Shown: positions 48,049-56,962 of the stretch, piece after piece
Layout: each line of letters opens with the position of its first letter
Position numbering within the stretch: position 1 is the first letter of the stretch
Virus record (IMG/VR): IMGVR_UViG_3300025030_000045
Length of the DNA: 64,000 nt
Source of the DNA: a virus
Direction: 5' to 3' (one strand)
The notes under the pieces: generated by a model
The model's database searches: none
Told to the model about the DNA's origin: nothing
The model's input: only the letters and a program-made list of their open reading frames with translations
Program-made: the position numbers and the translations under genes

Positions 48049-48517
48049 ACTTCACACTCGATTCACGACGGAGAATTTCCTTGACAAGGTTTCTAGTTTT
48101 CGGATGAAGGTTCATCAAGTGACCGTTATTTTCAAACCATCCCTTTGCGCCCCATTCACCAGTGATCACCCGACCCGCGCCGAACCAATCAGCAACCATT
48201 TCGAGAACATACCGCCCCGGCATTTCAAGCGGCTCTGATGTTCCGCGATCCATCGTCAGCACCCAATACTGCCAGTGGTGTTTATTCTTTTTCTGATGTT
48301 CGTTCCACGCCATGTTAAAAGCATCATTCTCGACATACTGCCCACCGCCATCTGATTTATAGAATGTCTTTGCATATGCAAAAAACTCAGATGGGTTAAA
48401 CTTTGACATGTCATGGAGTAAACCGATGTAAAGCGGAACGCTGAGCCGTTTGCAGGCAACGAGAACGAACCACTTGTGTTTGATGACGTACTTAAAGTAA
48501 TTGATGTATCTTTTCAT
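48041..48517 (-). CDS. HD-like hydrolase (DUF5662-like)
   Basis: KHKWFV, LHDMSKF.P.EF, NKHHWQYW and EMVADW motifs. Confidence 0.75.
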   Translation of the reverse strand: MKRYINYFKYVIKHKWFVLVACKRLSVPLYIGLLHDMSKFNPSEFFAYAKTFYKSDGGGQYVENDAFNMAWNEHQKKNKHHWQYWVLTMDRGTSEPLEMPGRYVLEMVADWFGAGRVITGEWGAKGWFENNGHLMNLHPKTRNLVKEILRRESSVKYG

Positions 48518-48520
48518 GAT

Positions 48521-48751
48521 TTACTCCAAAATTTCGTTGTGTATTTCTTTTTTAACAGCTTCTTGAATTTCTAACGCAACATCGTCACCGAGTCGCTTTA
48601 TATCATTTTCATCAAACAATACAGTGACTTCAATTTTATCATCCTTCGGATTTAATAAAACCATGACATTGGTATTATATTTCGGAATTCTGAACATCAA
48701 TTGATTTGGTGCTAATTGAATATGTGGCGTGTCGTTTGCTTCAATTTCCAT
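48521..48751 (-). CDS. hypothetical protein
   Basis: Tightly packed ORF in operon. Confidence 0.6.
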   Translation of the reverse strand: MEIEANDTPHIQLAPNQLMFRIPKYNTNVMVLLNPKDDKIEVTVLFDENDIKRLGDDVALEIQEAVKKEIHNEILE

Positions 48752-49226
48752 GATGAACCACCTCTATTCCACAGAGCTTAAGAAATTCAAGTCCTTCGAT
48801 TGATCTGTCATAAGGCTTATCATATACCACACGGGTTATTCCGGATGCGATGATGGCCTTTGCACAATCAATACACGGTGAATAGGAGACATAGATTGTC
48901 GCACCAGCAACACTCATCCCATGCTTCGCCGCAAAAATCAAAGCATTCATCTCTGCATGAATTTCGTATTTACTAAACTCGGCATGTTGATCTCTAGTGA
49001 TGTTGGAATAGTCCAACCGCATCCGTACGATGTCTCTATGCGCCATGGGGGCAAAGTGATCGTCACAATTCTCAAATCCGGGCGGTGTTCCATTGTAACC
49101 CGTTGAGATGATGCGACCATCTTTGACGATAACAGCGCCAACTTTAACTCGCACACAATGTGACAGCCCAGCAAAATCATCAGCGATTGTGATAAAGAAA
49201 CTATCCATCTTTTCTTGTTTACTCAT
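48741..49226 (-). CDS. cd: dCMP deaminase
   Basis: KVGAVIVKDGRIISTGYNG, HAEMNA and SPCIDC motifs; TGATG coupling to the upstream gene gives start 49226. Confidence 0.95.
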   Translation of the reverse strand: MSKQEKMDSFFITIADDFAGLSHCVRVKVGAVIVKDGRIISTGYNGTPPGFENCDDHFAPMAHRDIVRMRLDYSNITRDQHAEFSKYEIHAEMNALIFAAKHGMSVAGATIYVSYSPCIDCAKAIIASGITRVVYDKPYDRSIEGLEFLKLCGIEVVHHGN

Positions 49227-50110
49227 CACTTGGAATTCTCCTGTAACCAATTGAAGAATTCATCTGAACCCTGATATTCTTGATGACGAATCTCTATGAT
49301 CTCCGGCGCAGGATTGCAATAGATGTCAATCGGCGTTTCAGCGATAAGTGGAAGTGATGCTGGCAATAGATCACCCGCAAACATTTTCTCGATCATTTTG
49401 AAATTGCGTTCGTATATGTGGAGGGATGTTGCGTTGTGATACAATGAACCGATCTTGAGATTTGGATATGTCGGAAGAAGGTGAATTCGCATGACTTGCA
49501 TTAGCAGCGAGAAGAAAGGAATGTCATATGTCACACCGAACCAAATATCATTCGACCGCATATAGACATGGAAGTTCAATGCATCTTCACGGATCATGAA
49601 CATCCCATAGATGGTGCAGACAAAATCTTTGGTGCCGGGTTCTTGGTGGTGCGGTTTATTAAAATGCATAATTGCTTGGCGGGTGTCTTTGTCATTTATG
49701 AGCGAATTTAAAGCCCACTCCCACTGTTTGTGGCCGTAATCATTCTTTTCAGTAAACAGAAGATTACCGTAAGCCGAGTTGAGTTCACCTTTAGCATTCT
49801 TCAGTTGATCCCAGAACGTCGAATACTTTGCGATTCCGTCGATATGATTCTCGCCCATGAAGTACCAGATGAGTTCGCCGGCAAGGTATCTGAGATCAAC
49901 AGATCGAGCTGGACCAGCAAATAAATTGCTTGTGGGATCGGTTAAAACTAATGCCTGGTTAACGACCTCTTTGATCTTCTGACCACGAGGAGCAGTAACG
50001 AAGTGGGGCTCATAAAAGACCTTGCTGATTGCTTTTTGATAGAGACCGGCGAATGTATCTGAAATGATTGGTGAATTGATTTCATCACCCATGCGAAGAT
50101 TTGAATCCAT
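49226..50110 (-). CDS. thymidylate-synthase-fold enzyme, dCMP hydroxymethylase-like (T4 gp42 type)
   Basis: NSAYG, DTRQA, KDFVCT, MRSNDIWFGVTYD and SLHIYERNF motifs; Asp rather than Asn at the substrate-specificity position. Confidence 0.75.
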   Translation of the reverse strand: MDSNLRMGDEINSPIISDTFAGLYQKAISKVFYEPHFVTAPRGQKIKEVVNQALVLTDPTSNLFAGPARSVDLRYLAGELIWYFMGENHIDGIAKYSTFWDQLKNAKGELNSAYGNLLFTEKNDYGHKQWEWALNSLINDKDTRQAIMHFNKPHHQEPGTKDFVCTIYGMFMIREDALNFHVYMRSNDIWFGVTYDIPFFSLLMQVMRIHLLPTYPNLKIGSLYHNATSLHIYERNFKMIEKMFAGDLLPASLPLIAETPIDIYCNPAPEIIEIRHQEYQGSDEFFNWLQENSK

Positions 50111-50161
50111 GTATACCTCTTTTTAATAGTGAGTGTTTGACATTAAGGAAGAAATATTATA

Positions 50162-50683
50162 TCACAAACCCTTAACGGAGTCAATCGAAATTATCCGATG
50201 TAGGGTATAATCATTATCTCTACGAGCGAAAACAATGATGTGATCATTGAAGAAAACCCTCTTTTCCTTGGAGAGTTTGATGACTTCTCTTAGAGAAAAT
50301 CCTCGTGGTTTCTCGTAATCACAGAAACCCGGGATGAATGCTTTCACCTCTACAATACTATTTGTAGGGATGTGAATCAGATCATGATATTTCCAACGAC
50401 CATTGATTAATGTGGAGTAACCGACGTGATCTTTAAGATATTCGGTTGTTGATTCTGGTGTCAGTTTGATGAAGTTCTTATCAGTTGCGAGGATGAATAA
50501 TTCTGCGGCTTTACCGTATGCAATATGACGCAGTTGGGTCTCACGGTTTCTCGTTTCCCCGTTATGACCCAACCGCGTATGTATACTGTCGAAAAGATTC
50601 TCTTCCTTAACAATTTCTTCAAAACGTTTTGACTTTACGAATGTCGATATGTCACATGTAAAATGAATTCCCTGCGCTAACAT
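50162..50683 (-). CDS. hypothetical protein, possible PD-(D/E)xK nuclease fold
   Basis: G.AAE...HDLI....IVEVK pattern. Confidence 0.5.
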   Translation of the reverse strand: MLAQGIHFTCDISTFVKSKRFEEIVKEENLFDSIHTRLGHNGETRNRETQLRHIAYGKAAELFILATDKNFIKLTPESTTEYLKDHVGYSTLINGRWKYHDLIHIPTNSIVEVKAFIPGFCDYEKPRGFSLREVIKLSKEKRVFFNDHIIVFARRDNDYTLHRIISIDSVKGL

Positions 50684-50940
50684 CAGTCAAGGTCTTCTCT
50701 CCCACATAACAAATTTTCGACATATCTTTCTTCCGGTGAACGGACGATACGACCTTCTGTCTGTGGTAAATTATTGAGTGTACTTGGACCAAATCTAATC
50801 GTGCGACACGGGCATGTCATCGGACATTTTCTATCTCTACAGAGTTGCATGCGGCGATCATTTTCAAGCAGACGTTGGATGTGCTCGTTTTGTTCGGGGG
50901 ATAATGTGACAGATAAAGATGTCGGTGGTATATGGTTCAT
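50683..50940 (-). CDS. hypothetical Cys-rich protein
   Basis: Tandem, coupled ORF. Confidence 0.55.
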   Translation of the reverse strand: MNHIPPTSLSVTLSPEQNEHIQRLLENDRRMQLCRDRKCPMTCPCRTIRFGPSTLNNLPQTEGRIVRSPEERYVENLLCGREDLD

Positions 50941-50943
50941 CAG

Positions 50944-51165
50944 TCATTTTCCTTTCCGCTGGCCGTCTTCCGTCATCATCTTGAGTTTGAGTTTAGCCTT
51001 GTCGTATTTCAGCTTCGTCTTGTTGAATTCCTCTTCGGAAACGTTTGCCTTGAAGTTATCGCTAGTAAGACGTTTCCGAAGAAACTCAACATATTCAAGT
51101 TCATGAGATAACCGATCTTTAATCGGTGGTGTCGTCTTTGAACGGTGCGAGGGCTTTGTCTTCAT
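50944..51165 (-). CDS. small basic hypothetical protein
   Basis: Start reassigned to the ATG after gagga; Lys-rich helix. Confidence 0.55.
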   Translation of the reverse strand: MKTKPSHRSKTTPPIKDRLSHELEYVEFLRKRLTSDNFKANVSEEEFNKTKLKYDKAKLKLKMMTEDGQRKGK

Positions 51166-51820
51166 CAGTTCGCTTTTCCTCGATTTTCTGGAGTTTCTCG
51201 TCAACGTTCTTCCCGGCATTTTCAGCAACCTTCATACCGACCGCACGACAGAACGGACCACGCTGAATACCGAATTCCGACTCGGCTTTATCGGCAAGAG
51301 TGATCTTGACTTGGTCAGCAAGGCAACAGATATCTTTCTGGGTGACAAGCGCATCCTCCATCAGCATCTTGAGAACCTCTTTGCGGTTGTGGGGAACGTC
51401 CTGGAAACCAAATGTTGCAGCCCAGACCTTTTCGATCTTCTCGTCATACTTGACTGAACCATCGACATATACATTTGCGCCGACATCAGCGACTTTCAGC
51501 TCAACGCCGTACTTGGCTTTCATGTAACCATTGATCTGATCAAGATTACCGAGTGCTTCATACATCAGTACGAAGTGCCCGACCTTTTCGAGGAACGGTT
51601 CGATCTTCGGCGGTGTGGTATCTTTCGGATAACCACCCTTGTAGTAAACGAGGTCCTTGACGAATGCAAAGACGCCTGGTTTTTGACCGAACATCATCTT
51701 AAACAGTTTACGACCACGTGACATCCTGCTTTGGTGATCAACCTTCAATTCCTCTTGAATCTTTGCGCCCTCTTCAAGCAGGACGATGTAATCCTTTTGG
51801 TCTTCGTTTTGGTCTTCCAT
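51119..51820 (-). CDS. hypothetical protein, possibly tandem T4 DsbA-like dsDNA-binding domains
   Basis: C-terminal L..DA...K..I....K..A.SEFGI....F.R pattern recalls T4 DsbA; a similar N-terminal segment is present. Confidence 0.45.
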   Translation of the reverse strand: MEDQNEDQKDYIVLLEEGAKIQEELKVDHQSRMSRGRKLFKMMFGQKPGVFAFVKDLVYYKGGYPKDTTPPKIEPFLEKVGHFVLMYEALGNLDQINGYMKAKYGVELKVADVGANVYVDGSVKYDEKIEKVWAATFGFQDVPHNRKEVLKMLMEDALVTQKDICCLADQVKITLADKAESEFGIQRGPFCRAVGMKVAENAGKNVDEKLQKIEEKRTDEDKALAPFKDDTTD

Positions 51821-51823
51821 TAA

Positions 51824-52393
51824 TTAGTTCCCTTCTTTCCATATGAATGATTTGACTTGTTCCCAAACTTCCTGTTCGTTTGTGGCATTGATGTCGATGA
51901 GAATCTTGTTCGGAATGATAGAACGTTGATGAGAATCGATGAATCGATCAACCTCAACCGTCTTCTCTTTCATCCTTGTAGAAAATGATAGACCATCGTC
52001 TCGTGAAATGAGGTTAAGCGGTTGGTCAATGAATGTAATGAGATAATTTTTATTCCAATTTCCCTCATCATGATATTTTGCATCCTCTTCAAGTTCCCAT
52101 ATGAAGTTAGCATCATAATCACGATACATTTTACCATAGACCCATTCACCGAGGTGGCTGCGGTCAAGAATGAAACCGTTTGTACCAAGTCCACCTTTAT
52201 TCAAACGAATGATGTCAAACATTCGCCGATATAACATTTCAGATTTTTTTATGCAGTGATCCTTTTCAGGAATTCCGAGATTTGCAAAATGTAGGATGAA
52301 AGGATACATACCACGAGCTGCAATTTCTTTATAGAGTCTGTTGACCTGTGTGCTCTTACCGACTCGATCTGGCCCTTCACAAAAAATATTCAT
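51824..52393 (-). CDS. deoxynucleoside monophosphate kinase (thymidylate-kinase-like)
   Basis: P-loop EGPDRVGKST and ILDRSHLGEWVYG..YR motif. Confidence 0.88.
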   Translation of the reverse strand: MNIFCEGPDRVGKSTQVNRLYKEIAARGMYPFILHFANLGIPEKDHCIKKSEMLYRRMFDIIRLNKGGLGTNGFILDRSHLGEWVYGKMYRDYDANFIWELEEDAKYHDEGNWNKNYLITFIDQPLNLISRDDGLSFSTRMKEKTVEVDRFIDSHQRSIIPNKILIDINATNEQEVWEQVKSFIWKEGN

Positions 52394-53214
52394 TATAGAT
52401 ACCTTTCCCTAAATTTTTCGTCATAACGATCTAACCAAACAATATCGCCTCTATTAAAAATTTCAACTATATCATCCGTTTTTAGTATATGCATGTCTTT
52501 CTCTGTGATTATTATAAAACTATCACCCAATTTATTTTTTGCGGCTTCAAATTTGTGACGATTGGTATAAGCACCTAATAATGACGCGGGTTTTACTTCA
52601 ATATAAACATCGCTATTTTTTAAATAAAAATCGGGGAAATAATTTCGTTCTGCCCCATCCATATGATAAGGAATGGCGTGTTTCTTTGTTTCGGCAATCT
52701 CAAATTCGATGTTATTATCATAAAGATATTTCAGATATGATAATTCCATGATTGAACGAAAGTAATGTCCTTTAAACCAACCACTCCAACCGTTGCCAGA
52801 ACCGCGTGGTGCTGGCTTCCCAAACATATTATTCTTTTCGCCAATTTGTGCATCGCTCAACTTCTTTTTAATAATGCGTGATTTTTCAAGCCCATATACT
52901 TCATCAAACGTTTGTCCTTTTTCTAAAAACCTTGGACCAAAATAACTTCCTCCGAAGTTTGAATTCTTCTCCCCCATTGTTGCTTTGCTCATCGTCTCCC
53001 GAAATATTTTTCCCTTTTCTTCCCCGACGATTTCTTCGATCTTTTTACCTTTTTGTGCTTTCCAAAATGTTTGTTCGGCTGGTTTACGAGAACCATTTTT
53101 ATACTGCTCCCGTTGTTTGCAACTCCTACAAAGCTGTCTTCCGTAATTTTTTAAACTACGATTAAGATTAAACTTGCTTAATGTCTTGATCTCTTTACCA
53201 CATTCACACAACAT
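52393..53214 (-). CDS. free-standing homing endonuclease (NUMOD3-like repeats plus TnsA-like PD-(D/E)xK domain)
   Basis: GEKNNMFGK, FRSIMELSY, RNYFPDF, IEVKP and IITEKD motifs. Confidence 0.85.
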   Translation of the reverse strand: MLCECGKEIKTLSKFNLNRSLKNYGRQLCRSCKQREQYKNGSRKPAEQTFWKAQKGKKIEEIVGEEKGKIFRETMSKATMGEKNSNFGGSYFGPRFLEKGQTFDEVYGLEKSRIIKKKLSDAQIGEKNNMFGKPAPRGSGNGWSGWFKGHYFRSIMELSYLKYLYDNNIEFEIAETKKHAIPYHMDGAERNYFPDFYLKNSDVYIEVKPASLLGAYTNRHKFEAAKNKLGDSFIIITEKDMHILKTDDIVEIFNRGDIVWLDRYDEKFRERYL

Positions 53215-53220
53215 TATTTT

Positions 53221-53259
53221 GTCTCCTCAAATAAATTTAAAATTATTTATTTGAGGGAC
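53221..53259 (-). promoter_or_regulatory. RBS-sequestering hairpin containing a late promoter
   Basis: Minus strand cctcaaataaat-aattttaa-atttatttgagg(agac); AATAAATA is in the 5' arm and the SD gaggag is in the 3' arm. Confidence 0.75.
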
Positions 53260-53274
53260 CTGATAATGTGGGAT

Positions 53275-53439
53275 TTAAAGAGGGAAGGTGTAAAGTAAAA
53301 ATCTTTCCTCAAACTGTTCGTCGGTAATGTCATCGGATATTGCATGAATTCTTATCATATGTGTCTTTATGTTTTCGCCAAACACAATTTCATTACACAG
53401 TGGACATATGTACTTTCGCCCTTCAATAAAAATATTCAT
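53275..53439 (-). CDS. 54-aa zinc-finger-like microprotein starting with a copy of the kinase N-terminus
   Basis: MNIFIEGRKYICPLCNEIVFGENIKTHMIRIHAISDD...; RBS aaggag. Not in the ORF track. Confidence 0.6.
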   Translation of the reverse strand: MNIFIEGRKYICPLCNEIVFGENIKTHMIRIHAISDDITDEQFEERFLLYTFPL

Positions 53440-53466
53440 ATATACTCCTTTGATTCATGGAGAGCT

Positions 53467-53495
53467 ATTATAACAAATTCATTCATCTGTGTCAA
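53467..53495 (-). promoter_or_regulatory. consensus sigma70 early promoter
   Basis: TTGACA-17 nt-TATAAT with extended TG. Confidence 0.85.
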
Positions 53496-53498
53496 TTG

Positions 53499-53696
53499 TT
53501 ATTTGGGTGGGAGAGTACAGAATTCCGGGAAAGGACCATCATAATCGTTTCTATATTCATGGATGAATCTTTCTTCCTTTTGACATGATGACCAGTCACT
53601 ATCATGACCCAGTCCATAACCTCTGTGGAAGAAAGGACATTTACAGCTGCATCCTCTTAAAACAATTGGGTCTCTGTTTACGACTCTTTCTATCAT
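53499..53696 (-). CDS. small Cys-rich hypothetical protein
   Basis: CSCKCPF...C...PEFCTL; RBS aaggag. Confidence 0.65.
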   Translation of the reverse strand: MIERVVNRDPIVLRGCSCKCPFFHRGYGLGHDSDWSSCQKEERFIHEYRNDYDGPFPEFCTLPPK

Positions 53697-53709
53697 GACT
53701 TTTTGCTCC

Positions 53710-54048
53710 TTATGATTTCCTCTTCAGTATTGCAACATTCGTCGGTGGTTGCAGGGGTTCATAAAGCGCGCGTTCACGAAACCTAAATTCATTCATGGCA
53801 TCAGCAAATTCTGGATCAGACATTCCCGCCATTAATTCTAATGCAAAACTTGCATAAGACCGTTTAGTGAATCCATCCATTCCCGTAGCGCAGCGGCCCC
53901 AAATAATCAGTTCATAAAGAACATAACCTCTTGTGAGTTCCATATCATGAATTCTGACTTGATGTAAAGCATGCACCAATCCGATTTGTTCTTTAGTCAA
54001 AAAGATACGATCAAAGAATTCTTCCACACCTGATTTATCCTTTGGCAT
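53710..54048 (-). CDS. hypothetical protein
   Basis: RBS gaggag; tandem arrangement. Confidence 0.7.
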   Translation of the reverse strand: MPKDKSGVEEFFDRIFLTKEQIGLVHALHQVRIHDMELTRGYVLYELIIWGRCATGMDGFTKRSYASFALELMAGMSDPEFADAMNEFRFRERALYEPLQPPTNVAILKRKS

Positions 54049-54055
54049 TGTCTCC

Positions 54056-54607
54056 TCACTTCCCTGATAGAATATTCATTCCAATTTTAAAAATATCCTG
54101 AGCCGCATTACAGGAACCCACGGTATGGTATTCGATCCCTCGTTGTTCAAAGAATTCAAGAATCTGATTGTCAACCGCAATAGACTGCTCCTGATCATGC
54201 AAACGACCAATCATGCTATGGGGCCAATCTCCACGATTTAAGAAGATGTTTACGTGTCGGAATGAATGATGCTTTTCCCAGGCAAGTTGACATAGAGTTG
54301 GATCATCAGCAGCATAGATGAATTGTAACAGAAGAGGAGAGTCATTCACAGCAATTTGATACTTGCCGTCTATTCGATTCATTCTGTGGAATTGATTACC
54401 GAAGATGTATGGTTGGCTTTTAAATGCGGCAAGTTCTTCGCTGTTAATTGCGTCTGTTGCAAATTCACCGACGAGAGTACTGACTACATGCTGTTTCTTA
54501 AACAAAACAAAGACCTCGGCAGCAGTCAATGTCTTGCCTGCACCGGGGCCCGAGAACAAATTGAAATGTAATGTCTCGTATGTTTTACATAGGTCTCCTT
54601 CTGTCAT
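54056..54607 (-). CDS. P-loop NTPase / NadR-type kinase-like protein
   Basis: NLFSGPGAGKT, EFA, DSPLLL and FL.R....GR motifs. Confidence 0.8.
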   Translation of the reverse strand: MTEGDLCKTYETLHFNLFSGPGAGKTLTAAEVFVLFKKQHVVSTLVGEFATDAINSEELAAFKSQPYIFGNQFHRMNRIDGKYQIAVNDSPLLLQFIYAADDPTLCQLAWEKHHSFRHVNIFLNRGDWPHSMIGRLHDQEQSIAVDNQILEFFEQRGIEYHTVGSCNAAQDIFKIGMNILSGK

Positions 54608-54625
54608 AGGCGGTTAGGCTCCTTT

Positions 54626-55147
54626 TCATTTTATGAACTCCTTATCATAGAAGTCATTGATAATCTCGGCATGATCAAATGCCAATTCTGGAAGTTCGTT
54701 ATAACGGAAGAAATCGAATCCAGCAGCATCGTCTCCGGCAATAACGTTCTTCGGGTCAATTCTTTTTATGCAGACATATGTGATTGATATGTTGTGTTGG
54801 CGAGGATCGCGTTTCGGGTCACTATAAACGCCGTGGAGATAAAGATCATCTTGTTCTATCGGTGTTGTTGTCTCCTCCATGAGTTCCCTGACAGCCGCGG
54901 CGGGACAAGATTCACCGAGATCAACGAAGCCGCCGGGAAGTGCCCAACCCAACGGGGCATTCTTTCGTTTGATGAGCATGATGCGCGAATCTTTGTCGAG
55001 GGCGATGATGTCAACCGTCGGTGTTGGGTTACGATATTTCTTGACCTTCTTATTCAGTAAGGCATAGATACCCCCGACAGCAAAGCCAATATAACCAATA
55101 AAGGCTACTGTTAATAAAATTGGCAACACACAGATGAACATATCCAT
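54626..55147 (-). CDS. Nudix hydrolase (ADP-ribose pyrophosphatase-like) with N-terminal hydrophobic segment
   Basis: WALPGGFVDLGESCPAAAVRELMEET Nudix box; P.RDPR, AGDDA and LAFDH motifs. Confidence 0.9.
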   Translation of the reverse strand: MDMFICVLPILLTVAFIGYIGFAVGGIYALLNKKVKKYRNPTPTVDIIALDKDSRIMLIKRKNAPLGWALPGGFVDLGESCPAAAVRELMEETTTPIEQDDLYLHGVYSDPKRDPRQHNISITYVCIKRIDPKNVIAGDDAAGFDFFRYNELPELAFDHAEIINDFYDKEFIK

Positions 55148-55179
55148 TTTTGTTCCTCTCGTTGTTTGATTATGAGTGT

Positions 55180-55208
55180 ATTTTAAACTAAATGAGAATG
55201 AATGTCAA
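55180..55208 (-). promoter_or_regulatory. sigma70-type promoter
   Basis: TTGACA-17 nt-TAAAAT. Confidence 0.7.
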
Positions 55209-55219
55209 CTGAAATTATT

Positions 55220-55507
55220 TCATTCCTTCAGGAAGTGATGTGCACCACTTTCGATGCGATGTAAAAGTTGAAGGTTATGCCCAAAATTGATACATAGACG
55301 CGATTCTCTTTGAAAGTACTCGAGAAGATAGGTAACATCTCCAAGAATAGAAGCCGTCTGTGCGAGATCTTGTTTGAGACTCTTGTGTGCATCCTCTAAT
55401 TTTTGTAGACGTGTCGTTAACATCTCCTGTGTAAAGGGCGTCCAAGGTCCCATTGGTAAATTGCGCCAATGAAGCACCCCACCTATGATTCGTTCTTCAT
55501 AGAACAT
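55220..55507 (-). CDS. early hypothetical protein
   Basis: MFYEERIIGGVLHWRNLP.GPW; tandem ORF. Confidence 0.65.
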   Translation of the reverse strand: MFYEERIIGGVLHWRNLPMGPWTPFTQEMLTTRLQKLEDAHKSLKQDLAQTASILGDVTYLLEYFQRESRLCINFGHNLQLLHRIESGAHHFLKE

Positions 55508-55510
55508 ATT

Positions 55511-55765
55511 TCATCTCCATCTCCTTTCGGCATACGGTGAATCAGCGGGATGCCGAGAAATATCAAAGATGTTTCCGTGGCAGCCATACGTGAATTCTCT
55601 TCCCAGTGCTTTCTCAACGGCGGCTTTCATATCAACGTAAGAGATGGTGACAAGCTTCGCCTTGATGCTTCTCTTCACTGGCATTTCCGCGGCCTTGATA
55701 ATCAAGTCAGCCTCATCAACTAAAATCTCCTCGCGACGATAGTAATATCCACCAGGTTTCGCCAT
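55511..55765 (-). CDS. early hypothetical protein
   Basis: RBS aaggag. Confidence 0.65.
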   Translation of the reverse strand: MAKPGGYYYRREEILVDEADLIIKAAEMPVKRSIKAKLVTISYVDMKAAVEKALGREFTYGCHGNIFDISRHPADSPYAERRWR

Positions 55766-55776
55766 GATCGCTCTCC

Positions 55777-56235
55777 TTATTTCGACTCTCTTGATTTCAT
55801 ATTTCTTATTTCCTCCCGCGACTTGCCAATTAAATCCTTTGCAACAGCAAGTCGCTCGGTGACGTTGAGAATATAGAAGTATTTTTCGAAGCGGCGATCG
55901 ATTCTCCCGGAACCGCGATAAGCCAGTTCATCGTAACTGTCTCCGAAGCGAGCACTGAAGATATCATACTTACCTTCAAAGAAACAGTAATAGAGGTCAT
56001 ATTTAACGCCCTCATATTCAACCGTTGCCATGTAATTACATTCACTACATGAATGACGGTAAAGAGGACCGTCGGTATTCAAATTGAGTTCCTTCAGTAT
56101 TTCTTGAAGCATTTCGTCTCGCATCAGATGGTTACTCCAAATAGTCGTGACATTGCATAAATGAAACCGATCATACCACAACCAAGCGGAAATACGGCCA
56201 ACGGTCCCAAATCTGTTTTGTTCATAATATAGCAT
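55777..56235 (-). CDS. early hypothetical protein
   Basis: HSCSEC..YDLYYC motif. Confidence 0.65.
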   Translation of the reverse strand: MLYYEQNRFGTVGRISAWLWYDRFHLCNVTTIWSNHLMRDEMLQEILKELNLNTDGPLYRHSCSECNYMATVEYEGVKYDLYYCFFEGKYDIFSARFGDSYDELAYRGSGRIDRRFEKYFYILNVTERLAVAKDLIGKSREEIRNMKSRESK

Positions 56236-56300
56236 CCGAAAATAAAGGACACTATACTAATAAGTAATACCCCAAAATCAAGCGGTGTCATATACACTCC

Positions 56301-56834
56301 TTAGCTCATATCCTCAATGATAACAACTTTCTTTCCATCAGCAATTGCTTCAGTAACCGCGCTGCCGATATGAAAATCTTCACGGCACCGGGAGTAGATG
56401 TAGGCCCCGTTCTTCTTTGCCCATTCCACGATGACCGCGCCCTGTTCATCATAATCATGCAGACCGCGCATCCAATCCGGGAGGATCACATCAAGCAGTG
56501 CACAGATGTTGATAACCTTTACTTCGCCGTATGTGTCCATGACCCGTACGCCGTCAATGCGTTCAATCGGCCATGTGTCCGCGGCAACGATTGCTGCTGA
56601 CTTGATTGCTTTCAGCGTATATTCTTCAACTGTAATCCCGGAGAAGAATTCGTCAATACCTTCATCCGTGCTCGGTTTGGCATTGTCTTCTTTTTCACCG
56701 AAACGAATAACCTCGGCGTCAATGATAATTTCCTTCCCATCGATAGTAACACAAAAATTACCACGATCTTCATCAACGACCCAATTGTCAAGATAGGCGA
56801 TCATCATTATGAAAGTGCGATAATTTTTGTTCAT
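56301..56834 (-). CDS. early hypothetical protein
   Basis: RBS aggag downstream of a sigma70 promoter. Confidence 0.75.
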   Translation of the reverse strand: MNKNYRTFIMMIAYLDNWVVDEDRGNFCVTIDGKEIIIDAEVIRFGEKEDNAKPSTDEGIDEFFSGITVEEYTLKAIKSAAIVAADTWPIERIDGVRVMDTYGEVKVINICALLDVILPDWMRGLHDYDEQGAVIVEWAKKNGAYIYSRCREDFHIGSAVTEAIADGKKVVIIEDMS

Positions 56835-56883
56835 TGCCGTGTCTCCTGTTGGTTGTTGAGTAAGATTATGTTTCCTTGGTTCA

Positions 56884-56912
56884 ACAATAACAAAAAGACA
56901 CTATCATGTCAA
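56884..56912 (-). promoter_or_regulatory. sigma70-type early promoter
   Basis: TTGACA-17 nt-TATTGT with extended TG; same -10 as the 23201 promoter. Confidence 0.75.
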
Positions 56913-56962
56913 TAGAAAAAAATAGACTTTTTTCTTAGAATGATTTTTATTAGATATTATTT

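Noticed and set aside
49226-50110. Canonical thymidylate synthase thyA
   Set aside because: It lacks the LxPCH and PFN motifs; the specificity residue and DFxCT match the dCMP-modifying branch better.
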